A stretch of 42,330 nt of DNA from contig CAYUFF010000001.1 in assembly GCA_964444075.1 (NCBI GenBank), positions 1 through 42,330 of the forward strand. The letters run 5' to 3'. The DNA is from an uncultured archaeon. Lineage in GTDB: Archaea > Aenigmatarchaeota > Aenigmatarchaeia > CG10238-14 > SCSR01. Shown here piece after piece: positions 18,366 through 28,195 of this stretch. The stretch's first letter is position 1; each line of letters starts with the position of its first letter. Position numbers and translations under genes: made by a program. A model generated the notes under the pieces. The model saw only the letters and a program-made list of their open reading frames with translations, did no database searches and had not been told where the DNA came from.

Positions 18366-21300
18366 ATGCGCGAGTCCTTGCTGAAAGAGTTGTTCATCGC
18401 GATCACCTTCCTCACGCTTACCGTCGCTACTCTTGCTAAACTTTCTGTGGCGGCGTCACCATGGCCGAAGATACTCTTGGTCAAGGATGCCCATTGGTTC
18501 AAGGGAGAGTTAGTCGGAGTAGCCGAAGAGATTCACAAGTACTACGTTCGAATCTTTAACGGACTTAAAGATGAATATGGTATCGAGTACGAAAACTGTA
18601 CGATTCCGTGCACCGAGCAACCTTGTTCCGTTAACGGTCCCTGCTACAACTCAACCTATCCTTCCGGCTGCAAAAGTGGTTGTAAGGAAGGGGAGGACAT
18701 TTATCTCCAGGATTATGACGTGGTGATATGGGTTACCGGAGAAGATTCTGCAGGAGAAACGTTGGTTGAAGGTGATCAAGAGTCTTTAAAAGAATTCCTC
18801 GATAACGGGGGTATGCTCTTCCTTACAGGTCAGGACATTGGTTACGATATAGGCACCACGAGTTTTTACCAGGATTACTTACACGCCTATTATTGTAAGA
18901 ATGACATCGACGACTGGGACTTGGAAGGTAGGGAAAACGATCCGATAGGACATTACCTCAACCCTTACATTTCTGGAGGCGATGGGGCTGACAATCAGGA
19001 TTCTCCTTCAGTAATCTATTATTACCTTCCTCTCTTAGATGCGGTAGATAGTTCTAGGAGCTCGTTTTACTACGGGGATACTTCCGATAAAATAATCTTA
19101 GACTGTTTTAAGTGGGTGAAGTGGTTAGGTATATACTATGTCTGCCAAGAAGGAGAATGTAGGTGTGGGGAGAACTTAATTTGCAACTGGACAGACAAAG
19201 ATGACCCCTGCCACTCATTCTGTGACAGATATGAGGGCGATCCCTGCGTATACTGTGACGCTACTGAAGAGGTCGTCCTCACCTCAAAAATTCCCTCATC
19301 CGTTCGGGTAAACACCGGGGGACCTTTGGGTTATAAAGTGGTGTATTTCGCGTTCGGCTTCGAAGCCATCAACAATACGGATGATAGAAAGAGGGTGATG
19401 GGTAGAGTTTTAGCTTACCTTTTCCCGCCAAGGGTAAAAGAATCTCACATGTACGTTAACGCAAGTTCAATTTCTGGAGAAGATTGGGTCGAGGGCAACC
19501 TTACCTGCGACCCTAGCGATGAGTACTGTCATCGAGGTTATCCCAAGATAAACGCTACCTGCCGAAATTATCAGCTTTTCGGTAAAGTTAGCGGAGCTGA
19601 GTACTACATCGATGATCCGGTGCTACCAGAGAGGTTCGCTGGTAATGGTATTAATCTCCAAGCTAAGGATGGTAGCTTCAACGACGACTCTACCGAAGTC
19701 GTTGAAGGGGTGATTATTTTTCCAGAGAACCTACAACTGCCTAACACGATAGGTACGCACTACCTCTACGTCCATTGCAACGACACGGACGGTTACTGGG
19801 GAAAGTATGATAAACTCGTCTTTACAATCGATAGATACCATCCCCTCAATGTCATCTTTACATCCGACAACTCTCACTACACTAACAAAACCCTTCCAAA
19901 CTTTTTTGTGGAGTACGCTGACACGGACGAGTTTTACCATTATTCAAGGTTTTCGTGTAATGGAACTAGTTGGACTCCTTGGGAAAAAATAACTGGTAGT
20001 AACCAAGCTGGGACCTTCACTTTTTCGAGCGCTTTCAACGTTACAGTCTCGGAGTTCGGTTGTCCTACCGATGATGGTAACAGAACTATTTACGTCCAAA
20101 TAAGGGATTCCGCAGGGAATTGGCACGAGTCTGAATCTACAGCTTCATTCTGGGTTTTCTTGGACAGAAAGGCTCCGAGGATAATTTCCGTTTCTCCTCA
20201 AAACAAGTCTCACCCTTACCCTCACCTAAAGTCTTCCGACAACATCACGGTAACTTTCTACGACCCATCTCCAGCATCCGGTGTTGAGAGTAGCTACTGG
20301 GCGAACGAATCTCAAGGAGTTAAGCACGAGTTGTTCAATAACACTCCTTTTAACCCAGGGTGGAAGAACGAGGGAACCAACTACCTTTACACGTGGATAA
20401 TCGATAAGGCTGGGAACGTTAACAAAAGCGTTTTCACTTTCGTTGTAGACGACACACCTCCTTACGTTAGCATAATCTTTCCTGAAGATGGTGAACACTA
20501 CAACACCACAAGCTTAAACCTGAACTTTACTGCCTACGACGTTCTGAGCGGAGTGGATTCTTGCTGGTACTCTTTAGACGGTGGAGATAATCAAACGATT
20601 CCTTCCTGTCAGAACATCACCATGACAAACCTTACAGAAGGTGTTCATGAGCTCAAGCTTTTCGTCAACGATTCCCTAGCGACGAGGGGGAACGAGAATT
20701 CCACGAGCATCGAGTTCACGATAGACTTAACAAAACCTTTCGTCTACTTGCTTTCCCCCACTAACGGTTCTTGGCTGGCTACCCAGTATCCAGAGTTTTC
20801 TTTCAAGGTCGTGGACAACCTCGCGAAGGTTATGAAGTGCAAGCTTTACGTCGACGGGAGCCTTAGGAAAGAGTTTCCGAGCGTTCATAACAATACCACT
20901 ACCTCTTGGGAAATCGACGTGGCCCTCGATGAAGGTCTCCACAACTGGACTGTAGCGTGCGTGGATAAAGCCGGCAACAGCAACGTTAGCGAGACTCGGT
21001 GGTTCTATGTCGACGTCAGCACACCAGAGGTAAAGTTGATCTCTCCAGTAGATAACGAGTGGGTAAACACCACGAGACCGAAGTTTTACTTCAACGCTAC
21101 CGACAATCTTTCCCCAACGTTAACGTGCAAGCTCTACATCGGTAGTTCTCCCGATAACTCTACCGAGGTGCAGAGCGGTGAGATAACTTACATCCTTGCC
21201 AACAACAGCGTTGGCGAAGGTAGACACGAGTACTGGGTAGAATGCTTCGATATGGCTAACAACGGATACGGGGCCTCCTCAGTATTTAGAGTCGACGTTA

Positions 21301-24300
21301 CTCCACCACGAATCTCCGACCTGAAGCCTAGTAACGAGACGTGGACGAGCAATGACACCATAATCTTCGAGTTTAACGCTACCGACAACCTTTCTCCATC
21401 GATCTACTGCAGCCTTTTGGTAAACTCCTCTATCAAGAAAACTTTGGAAACTCCAGGTAATGTGGTCGAAAAGGTTGAGCTGATTTTCTCTTCTGACGGG
21501 GTATTTTCTTGGAAGGTTAACTGTAGCGATGAAGCAGGCAACGAGAACGAAACCCTCGCTCGCTTACTCTTCGTAGACTTCACGCCACCATCCACTAGCG
21601 ATAATGCCTCTTCCTCCTGGACGAAGGAGAATCAAACTATTCTTCTAACTTGCGTGGATAATCTCTCTGGTTGTAACAAGACTCTCTACTGCACCTACGA
21701 TGAAGGAGCGACTCCTTGCGAGCCTTCCCAACAGCCTCAGAACGTTTCGAAGAAAGGTGAAAGGGAAGTCAACTACACCTTGGAGGTAGATTGTCCTGAA
21801 GGGAGCACCTGCAAGAAGTACTTGAGGTACTTCAGCAACGACACTCTCTCTAACGAGGAAAACGTTAAAGAAACTCTCATTCTCATAGACAAGCAAGCAC
21901 CGTCGATAACGATCCTTTCCCCGCAGGAAGGAAAGACCTATAGCGGTGTTGTAGAGCTTAAGGCTAAGGTTGTCGACATTGGGGTTGGCGTCGATAAGGT
22001 ATGGTTCGAAATCAGGAACTCCACCAACATTCCGCAAGTCTTCGCGAGCGGCATGATGGAAAGATGTGACGATGACACGTGGTGCTCCTCATGGGATAGT
22101 TCTTCGATAACCAACGGAACGTTCGTGTTTAACGTTTCAGCAAACGACACGTTTGGGTACTTGAAGCAAAACGTTAACGTAACTTTCCACATCGCTAACA
22201 CTTATCCTTCCGTAAAGATTTATTATCCTTCGCGAGTTTTCGTGAACGACAGCTTCAACCTCAACTTAACAGTGGAATCGCCTGCCACACCTGATGTAAA
22301 CATTTCCTTCGCTTACTACAACATCTCCAACGAAACTCGCCACATGGTAAAGCATAACGAAAGCGGAATAGTGAACCAATCCTCCTACGTTTTCAGCGAG
22401 CTTTTCAACATCTCTTCTTCTTGCAATAACGCTGCTTGCAGCGAGGGTAACTACACGATATTCTTCTGGGCGAACAATACTCAAGGCAAGATTTCCAACG
22501 TAACTTCTTGGTTCGTGATAGACATTACTAGACCATCAATCAGGTTGAACTCACCCGCTGACGATACTTGGTTTTCTTTGAGAGTCATTGACGTAAGCTT
22601 CACACCTATCGATAACCTTTCGCCTACGCTCTTTTGCGAGCTTTTGGTTAACGACGTGGTTAACGCGAGTGACGAGGTTGACAACTCTACTCAAATCATC
22701 TTTTCAACGAGCGAGTTAGAGGAAGGGCATCATTCTTGGAAGATAAGGTGTAAGGACAAAGCCGGCAACAGCAACGTTAGCGAGACTCGGTGGTTCTACG
22801 TTGACGTTAGCAAGCCCAAGATCGAGTTGATTTCTCCTGGAGATGGGGAATGGTTGAACGACACGACACTTACCTTAAAATTCAAGGCAATCGATAACCT
22901 TTCACCGAATTTGACTTGCGATATTTTCGTAGACGGTTCGAAAGACGGTAGCAAATCTGTTAGTAACGCGGAAGAAGCTGCCTACGAAGTTTCGATAAGT
23001 GAGGGTGAGCATTCCTGGAAGGTGAACTGCAGCGACCTTGCAAAAAACTCCAACGAATCTTACCCACGAGAGTTCTACGTTGACGTTACACCACCAGAAG
23101 TTACACTCATCTCTCCCGATAATGACACTTGGACCAACAATCCTTATCCAACCTTTGAATTCAAGGGTTACGACAACCTTGCTAGCAGACTGAACTGCAG
23201 CCTCGTAATCGACGGAATAATTCTCGCTTCGAAAATAGTTTACAACGGTAGCGAGGAATCGATCACTCCCTCAACAGCTCTGGGAAGCGGGGAGAGGAAA
23301 TGGAAAATAGTTTGTAAAGATTTTGCAGGCAATACCAAAGAGAGTGAAGAAAGGGTTATAAACGTCGATACCCTTGCTCCAAACACCAGCGATAACGTCA
23401 GCAGCGAGTGGAAGAACGTTGACCAAAGCATCCTGCTAACTTGTAAGGACCTTCCTTCCGATAACCCTTCTGGCTGTAATGTAACCCTAGTAAGTACTTG
23501 CGACGCTTATACTTCAGAATGCTCGCCTTTCTCTCAGCCTCAGAACGTTTCGAAGAAAGGTGAAGCTGAGGTCAACTATTCCCTAACTTTAACCTGCGAT
23601 GAAGGAAAGGTTTGCGAGTACTATTTGAAGTACTATTCCAACGATACCCTCGGTAACTTGGAGAATGTAAAGTCTTCTGGAAGGGTAAAAATAGACAAGT
23701 TCGTTCCTAGGGTTTCGATCCTTTCTCCGAAGGATAATGAATTTGTCAGCGGAATCTTGCAAATAAAAGTTAAGATCGTAGAAAATGGCTCTGGAATCAA
23801 GGAGGTAAGATTCCTAATCAAAAATTCCACTTTCAACGTTTCGGGAGAGTTGAGCGAGAGTGACGAAGGAATTTGGGTATCTACGTTCGACACCACCTCG
23901 TTGAAAGACGGTACTTACGAGCTTTGGATAAACGCTAGTGATAACGCTACTAACGTCAACTGCACTGAGCACGTTTCCTTTAAGGTCGATAATACACCAC
24001 CAAGTCTCATAAGCAATGTGACGAGCTTATCCTTGGATAAAAGCTACGGAGATTATAGATTGCTGTACGGGGAACAATTCACTTTCTCGGCCGAGCTGGA
24101 GGATTTCGTCGGTGTCGATTCAGCTTTCCTAAGGATAAAACTGTCCAACGGAGAGAATTGGCTCGGTTATCCACTCTCCTTAGCTGAAGGTAACGAGAAC
24201 TTTGGGAATTGGAGCACTACAGTCTCGATCCAGGAAGAAAGTTTTCCGCTGGGAGCGCACACCATTCACTCTCTAGTGGTCGCTGATAAGTTGGGTAATA

Positions 24301-27300
24301 CCAAGGTGTATCAGGTGGACATTCCGTTCAGGGTAGTGAACCTAACCTTAGAGCTGAAGGTCTGCAATACAACCTACATAGACGCAGGAAGGAAATGCAA
24401 GCTCAACCTCACAATAGATTTCAACAAGACGGTTCCCAACCCTAGCATCGCCTTGGAGATTCCGAAAGAGCTTCAAAACCAAACCGCTTACGCTTGTTCG
24501 CTCGACGATAGCAAAGCTTGCAACGTTGAGAACGTTGAGCTCGAAGGTTCTTATGCCGTTTATCTGGAGGCTCGTGGTTTAGAGGATTCTTCGAGGATGA
24601 ACCTTACTTCATTACTCAAGGCTGTAACTCCGCTAGAAGATAGAAAACTTACTTGGAACTTCACTTTCATGGGAAAGACTTACAAGCTTCACACCTTGCT
24701 CAGGACGCCATACCTTAACATCACCAACGTGACTTGCGATTCCTCTTCCGCCTGCGAAGTGGAGCAGAAGAAAAAGTTTAACTTCACCGTGTTTGTCGAG
24801 AACGTGAACCAACCATCGCTCCACACGGGAAGTGCTTACGAGGTCTTCGCTAACTACACGAGCGAAATCTCTGCCGGTATAGCGAAGAAAGTTTCTGAAT
24901 TGTTAGAAAGTGGTGAGGAAGCCTTCGCAACCTGGGAACTAAACCTTACCAAAGCAGGGGAACACATCTTCAAGGTCTTCGCGTGGGAATTCACGCGAGT
25001 CTACAACGCTACCTTCGAGAAGAAGGTTAAGGTACTCGACGTGGAGAAGCCTCAGCTAATCGACGTTTACTGGAAGGATGACGATAACGTTTTCAACAGG
25101 AATGAAACCATCGAGTACTTCGTGAAAGCGAGGGACAACGTTGGAATTAGAAGCGTTTGGGTTGAGGTCAACAACTCTGAGAAAAACTTCCTGAGAAACC
25201 TCTCGCTAGCTTTAGAGTATGCTTTCGAAGATTACGAGCTGTGGAAGCTCGAGTACAAGAACGATTCAGCAGGAATTTATAACATAACGAGAATCTTCGT
25301 CAACGACACTTCCGGAAACCTCGAAGTATTCGTTCCCACTGGCAAGGAAGCTTTGTTCGAAATAAGGAAGCTTTCCGTCAACGCTTCAGTCGCCTCACCT
25401 TCGCTCAAGGTGGGGAATTATCAGAACATTACCGCTAGCATTTCTGGAAACGCTTCGCTGGTAACGAAGGTCGTAGCAAAGATAACCAAGCCATACGGAG
25501 AAACCGAAACGATTACCTTAACCGACTCCGGAAACTTTACTTACGTGGGTAGCCTTTTCGTGGACGAATCCGGAAACTACAGCATAAACGTTTCCGTCAC
25601 CCTCGCTTCAGGAATTGAGAGGTTTAACCTAACCAACTTCTCCTCACCCTACGGAACTCCAAGGATAGAAACTAGGAATCTTACTTTACTCAACGGAAGT
25701 TCTTACGAGTTTTCGTATTACTTGTACCCTCAAGGAGGAGACCTCATCGGCGTAAACGCTAGCTTAATCATCGATAACGAAAGCGTGATAATTTCGGAGG
25801 AGGGTTCTAGCAAAACTCTGGGAGATATTCTTTGGAAGGAGTGGAAGGATGAAGGTTTCAGGTCTACTTGGAAGTTGCTGGCCAAGAATGTTGGCGAGAC
25901 CAACGTTACGCTACTCGTAAACTCCAGTAAAGGAGGTAATTCCCAAAGAACTTTCTTCGTAAGGGTCGTTGGAAGCGATGAAAAACCACCCTCGCTTAAG
26001 GAGTACTCCCACGAGTATCCAAGGTTAAATCTGATGGAAGAAAACCCGATAAAGGTTATAGCCTACGACAACGAAACTGAAATCAAGAACGTTACCATAC
26101 TCGTAACTTTCCCGAGCGGTGTCACGAAAAGCTACGAGGCTACCGAATACGAACCCTTCAGCTACGTGCTACTCTTCAACGAGACGGAAGAAGTCGGTAA
26201 TTATACCTACGAGGTAAAGGTTTTCGACCTCGCCGGTAACGTCAACGTAAGCTCTGAGAAAGGGAGCTTCGAGGTCGTCGATACTTTCTTGGTCAGCGTA
26301 ACACACTCTCCTTACAACAAGGGTGATTTGATAACGTTCAAAGTCAACGTTACCGACGCTAGGGGCTTGCCGGTAAAAGGTTTCAACCTCACCCTGGTTC
26401 TACAGAAGAACGAGACGGGCAACCAAACTCTTGCGAACAACACGATAACAGAAGAGGTTTCCTACAGGGTCATGCCTACCGACCCTCCCGAAAGCAGTAG
26501 GGAAAAATCTTTGGCCTCGACCTACGTGGTTTACGCTACGGTTACTAAAAACGGAAACAAAGGTGTTTACAAGGGAGAGTTTGAGGTTAGCGAAGAACTT
26601 AAAACTACCATAATCTATCCTTCCGCTGGAGCTTACTTCTCGCCGGGTGGTAAGATTCCTCTGAAAGTGGAAGTTAAAAACGTTAGGGGAGAGATTGTAG
26701 ATGATGCCGTCGTGGTAGCTTATTGTCCGGATTGTTCCTGGAACTACAGGCTCGTTCCTTGGAACAGCAGCTTACAAGCTTATTATTCTCCAGAAGCTTT
26801 CATAGCACCGAATAAAGAAAGCTTCTCGATTTTCGTCTACTCGGTAGACCACTGGAAGAACATGGGAATGTACGGAGAAGTGCTAACCACGGTAAAGCCA
26901 CCAGAGTATCCTACCATTCCTCCAGGAGGCGGAGGGGCTGAAGAAGGCTTTCCTGGGATAACTTGCAACTGTACTCCTTGGATTGAGATAGGTTGCGGTA
27001 TGGGTACTTGCAAGGACGATGAGATGTACATGGTAAGGACCTGCAACCCTCCGGGGTGCGCTGCAGAAACGAAGTGTGAAAAAGTGCCCGCATGCATAAA
27101 GGGAAAGTTCAGCTTGGAGTTTCCAGATGCGGCAGAAGTCATGCAGGGAAAGGACTCCGTTTTGATAGGAAGCGTGAGAAACAACGAGAAAATAGGGATT
27201 AAAGTCGTGTTCTCTTGGGTAGAGAAACCGAAGGTCCCGATTTCGCTAACCCTTCCTGGAGCAATTTCTCTCGGTGCTGGAGAATCGAAAGATTTTGAAG

Positions 27301-28187
27301 TAAGGATTCACGTCCCGCTCAACGTGAGCGTAGGTGAGTATCCGGCTTCGTTTTCTGCGAAGAGCAAGAATTATACCTTCGCGAAGACTTTCAAGATAAT
27401 CGTAAAACCGAACCCGCTGATAGAGAAATATGTGAGTTTGCAAGAGTCGTTGAAGGAATTCAAGAAAACGCTGGAAGCTTACAGAAAAGTTGGAGTCGAC
27501 GTTAGGGAGATAGAAGACCTCGTTAAAACTTTAGAGAAGAGACTTGAGAAAGCGAGAGCCTCGTTGAAAAAGGATGAGTTGAAAGTATTCGAAGCGGAGA
27601 TAAAGTCTGCCGAAAAGGTTGTGAACGCTGTGAAGCTAAAAATATTCCAGCTGAAGCTCTGGAAGTTCTTGTTGGAAAACAAGTGGAATTTCATAATCAT
27701 CGCCCTAGCAGCGCTCTTCTCGAACTATTTCGCTACGCAAGTAGCGATCCCTTACTACAAGCTTACGAAGAAGTTGAGGAAGCTTAAAGACGAAGAACAA
27801 TCGCTGATAGCGGCGAGAGTCGAGGTTCAGAAGCAGTACTTCACGAGGAAGATAGACGAAAGAACTTTCTTCGCCTTAATGGCGGAGAAACAGGGAAAAA
27901 TCCTTAGAGTAAGGGCTGACGTGAGAAGACTAGAGCTAGCGAGGAGGAAGTTACTGATATCCAAACTACATCCAAAAGAAATGTTAAAGTGGATGAAAGA
28001 AAGTTTTGCAAACCTACCGAAAAGTTTGAGAAAGTTGAGAGGTGTTCCTTCAAAGAAGAGGAAGGTGGAAAGGAAGCCGCCCTCTTTGATGGTTCCTGAG
28101 ATAAAGATCAGTATGGAAGTGAAATACAGGATTTGGAAGATAAAGCACAAGCTGAAAAAACTATTTAGGAGTGTTTTCAAAACTTAA
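18366..28187 (+). CDS. Giant cell-surface glycoprotein (3273 aa). It has a signal peptide and Cys-rich N-terminal modules. It has tandem ~95-aa Ig-like repeats and a ~600-aa segmental duplication. It has a Cys-rich juxtamembrane knot, a beta-domain, a coiled coil and a TM helix. It has a ~150-aa basic coiled-coil cytoplasmic tail.
   Basis: 'MRESLLKELFIAITFLTLTVATLAKLSVAAS' signal. Extremely dense N-x-S/T sequons. Repeat consensus 'P.V.LISP.D..W.N...P.F.F...DNLSP.L.C.L.VDG...W.V.C.D.AGN.N'. TM 'NFIIIALAALFSNYFATQVAI'. Tail 'KKLRKLKDEEQ...KKRKVERKPPSL'. Uninterrupted 9.8-kb ORF. Confidence 0.85.
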   Translation: MRESLLKELFIAITFLTLTVATLAKLSVAASPWPKILLVKDAHWFKGELVGVAEEIHKYYVRIFNGLKDEYGIEYENCTIPCTEQPCSVNGPCYNSTYPSGCKSGCKEGEDIYLQDYDVVIWVTGEDSAGETLVEGDQESLKEFLDNGGMLFLTGQDIGYDIGTTSFYQDYLHAYYCKNDIDDWDLEGRENDPIGHYLNPYISGGDGADNQDSPSVIYYYLPLLDAVDSSRSSFYYGDTSDKIILDCFKWVKWLGIYYVCQEGECRCGENLICNWTDKDDPCHSFCDRYEGDPCVYCDATEEVVLTSKIPSSVRVNTGGPLGYKVVYFAFGFEAINNTDDRKRVMGRVLAYLFPPRVKESHMYVNASSISGEDWVEGNLTCDPSDEYCHRGYPKINATCRNYQLFGKVSGAEYYIDDPVLPERFAGNGINLQAKDGSFNDDSTEVVEGVIIFPENLQLPNTIGTHYLYVHCNDTDGYWGKYDKLVFTIDRYHPLNVIFTSDNSHYTNKTLPNFFVEYADTDEFYHYSRFSCNGTSWTPWEKITGSNQAGTFTFSSAFNVTVSEFGCPTDDGNRTIYVQIRDSAGNWHESESTASFWVFLDRKAPRIISVSPQNKSHPYPHLKSSDNITVTFYDPSPASGVESSYWANESQGVKHELFNNTPFNPGWKNEGTNYLYTWIIDKAGNVNKSVFTFVVDDTPPYVSIIFPEDGEHYNTTSLNLNFTAYDVLSGVDSCWYSLDGGDNQTIPSCQNITMTNLTEGVHELKLFVNDSLATRGNENSTSIEFTIDLTKPFVYLLSPTNGSWLATQYPEFSFKVVDNLAKVMKCKLYVDGSLRKEFPSVHNNTTTSWEIDVALDEGLHNWTVACVDKAGNSNVSETRWFYVDVSTPEVKLISPVDNEWVNTTRPKFYFNATDNLSPTLTCKLYIGSSPDNSTEVQSGEITYILANNSVGEGRHEYWVECFDMANNGYGASSVFRVDVTPPRISDLKPSNETWTSNDTIIFEFNATDNLSPSIYCSLLVNSSIKKTLETPGNVVEKVELIFSSDGVFSWKVNCSDEAGNENETLARLLFVDFTPPSTSDNASSSWTKENQTILLTCVDNLSGCNKTLYCTYDEGATPCEPSQQPQNVSKKGEREVNYTLEVDCPEGSTCKKYLRYFSNDTLSNEENVKETLILIDKQAPSITILSPQEGKTYSGVVELKAKVVDIGVGVDKVWFEIRNSTNIPQVFASGMMERCDDDTWCSSWDSSSITNGTFVFNVSANDTFGYLKQNVNVTFHIANTYPSVKIYYPSRVFVNDSFNLNLTVESPATPDVNISFAYYNISNETRHMVKHNESGIVNQSSYVFSELFNISSSCNNAACSEGNYTIFFWANNTQGKISNVTSWFVIDITRPSIRLNSPADDTWFSLRVIDVSFTPIDNLSPTLFCELLVNDVVNASDEVDNSTQIIFSTSELEEGHHSWKIRCKDKAGNSNVSETRWFYVDVSKPKIELISPGDGEWLNDTTLTLKFKAIDNLSPNLTCDIFVDGSKDGSKSVSNAEEAAYEVSISEGEHSWKVNCSDLAKNSNESYPREFYVDVTPPEVTLISPDNDTWTNNPYPTFEFKGYDNLASRLNCSLVIDGIILASKIVYNGSEESITPSTALGSGERKWKIVCKDFAGNTKESEERVINVDTLAPNTSDNVSSEWKNVDQSILLTCKDLPSDNPSGCNVTLVSTCDAYTSECSPFSQPQNVSKKGEAEVNYSLTLTCDEGKVCEYYLKYYSNDTLGNLENVKSSGRVKIDKFVPRVSILSPKDNEFVSGILQIKVKIVENGSGIKEVRFLIKNSTFNVSGELSESDEGIWVSTFDTTSLKDGTYELWINASDNATNVNCTEHVSFKVDNTPPSLISNVTSLSLDKSYGDYRLLYGEQFTFSAELEDFVGVDSAFLRIKLSNGENWLGYPLSLAEGNENFGNWSTTVSIQEESFPLGAHTIHSLVVADKLGNTKVYQVDIPFRVVNLTLELKVCNTTYIDAGRKCKLNLTIDFNKTVPNPSIALEIPKELQNQTAYACSLDDSKACNVENVELEGSYAVYLEARGLEDSSRMNLTSLLKAVTPLEDRKLTWNFTFMGKTYKLHTLLRTPYLNITNVTCDSSSACEVEQKKKFNFTVFVENVNQPSLHTGSAYEVFANYTSEISAGIAKKVSELLESGEEAFATWELNLTKAGEHIFKVFAWEFTRVYNATFEKKVKVLDVEKPQLIDVYWKDDDNVFNRNETIEYFVKARDNVGIRSVWVEVNNSEKNFLRNLSLALEYAFEDYELWKLEYKNDSAGIYNITRIFVNDTSGNLEVFVPTGKEALFEIRKLSVNASVASPSLKVGNYQNITASISGNASLVTKVVAKITKPYGETETITLTDSGNFTYVGSLFVDESGNYSINVSVTLASGIERFNLTNFSSPYGTPRIETRNLTLLNGSSYEFSYYLYPQGGDLIGVNASLIIDNESVIISEEGSSKTLGDILWKEWKDEGFRSTWKLLAKNVGETNVTLLVNSSKGGNSQRTFFVRVVGSDEKPPSLKEYSHEYPRLNLMEENPIKVIAYDNETEIKNVTILVTFPSGVTKSYEATEYEPFSYVLLFNETEEVGNYTYEVKVFDLAGNVNVSSEKGSFEVVDTFLVSVTHSPYNKGDLITFKVNVTDARGLPVKGFNLTLVLQKNETGNQTLANNTITEEVSYRVMPTDPPESSREKSLASTYVVYATVTKNGNKGVYKGEFEVSEELKTTIIYPSAGAYFSPGGKIPLKVEVKNVRGEIVDDAVVVAYCPDCSWNYRLVPWNSSLQAYYSPEAFIAPNKESFSIFVYSVDHWKNMGMYGEVLTTVKPPEYPTIPPGGGGAEEGFPGITCNCTPWIEIGCGMGTCKDDEMYMVRTCNPPGCAAETKCEKVPACIKGKFSLEFPDAAEVMQGKDSVLIGSVRNNEKIGIKVVFSWVEKPKVPISLTLPGAISLGAGESKDFEVRIHVPLNVSVGEYPASFSAKSKNYTFAKTFKIIVKPNPLIEKYVSLQESLKEFKKTLEAYRKVGVDVREIEDLVKTLEKRLEKARASLKKDELKVFEAEIKSAEKVVNAVKLKIFQLKLWKFLLENKWNFIIIALAALFSNYFATQVAIPYYKLTKKLRKLKDEEQSLIAARVEVQKQYFTRKIDERTFFALMAEKQGKILRVRADVRRLELARRKLLISKLHPKEMLKWMKESFANLPKSLRKLRGVPSKKRKVERKPPSLMVPEIKISMEVKYRIWKIKHKLKKLFRSVFKT
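20967..21007 (+). repeat. 41-nt perfect intragenic repeat, copy 1 (encodes '..KAGNSNVSETRWFY..')
   Basis: 'aaagccggcaacagcaacgttagcgagactcggtggttcta' is identical to 22758..22798. In-frame offset 1791 nt. Confidence 0.85.
22758..22798 (+). repeat. 41-nt perfect intragenic repeat, copy 2
   Basis: Identical to 20967..21007. Flanking sequence is also about 70-80% identical over several hundred nt (for example 21732.. vs 23535.., 'cagcctcagaacgtttcgaagaaaggtgaa'). Confidence 0.85.
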
Positions 28188-28195
28188 AATTTAGT

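Noticed and set aside
20967-22798. Could the intragenic repeats be DGR template/variable repeats or a CRISPR-like array?
   Set aside because: Both copies are in-frame coding segments of homologous protein repeats. The differences are not adenine-specific. No reverse transcriptase, no short direct repeats with unique spacers and no cas genes are present in the window.
19731-27700. Numerous small antisense or alternate-frame ORFs inside the 18366..28187 giant gene
   Set aside because: Same reasoning. The 9.8-kb sense frame is continuous and repeat-structured. The small ORFs have low-complexity translations.
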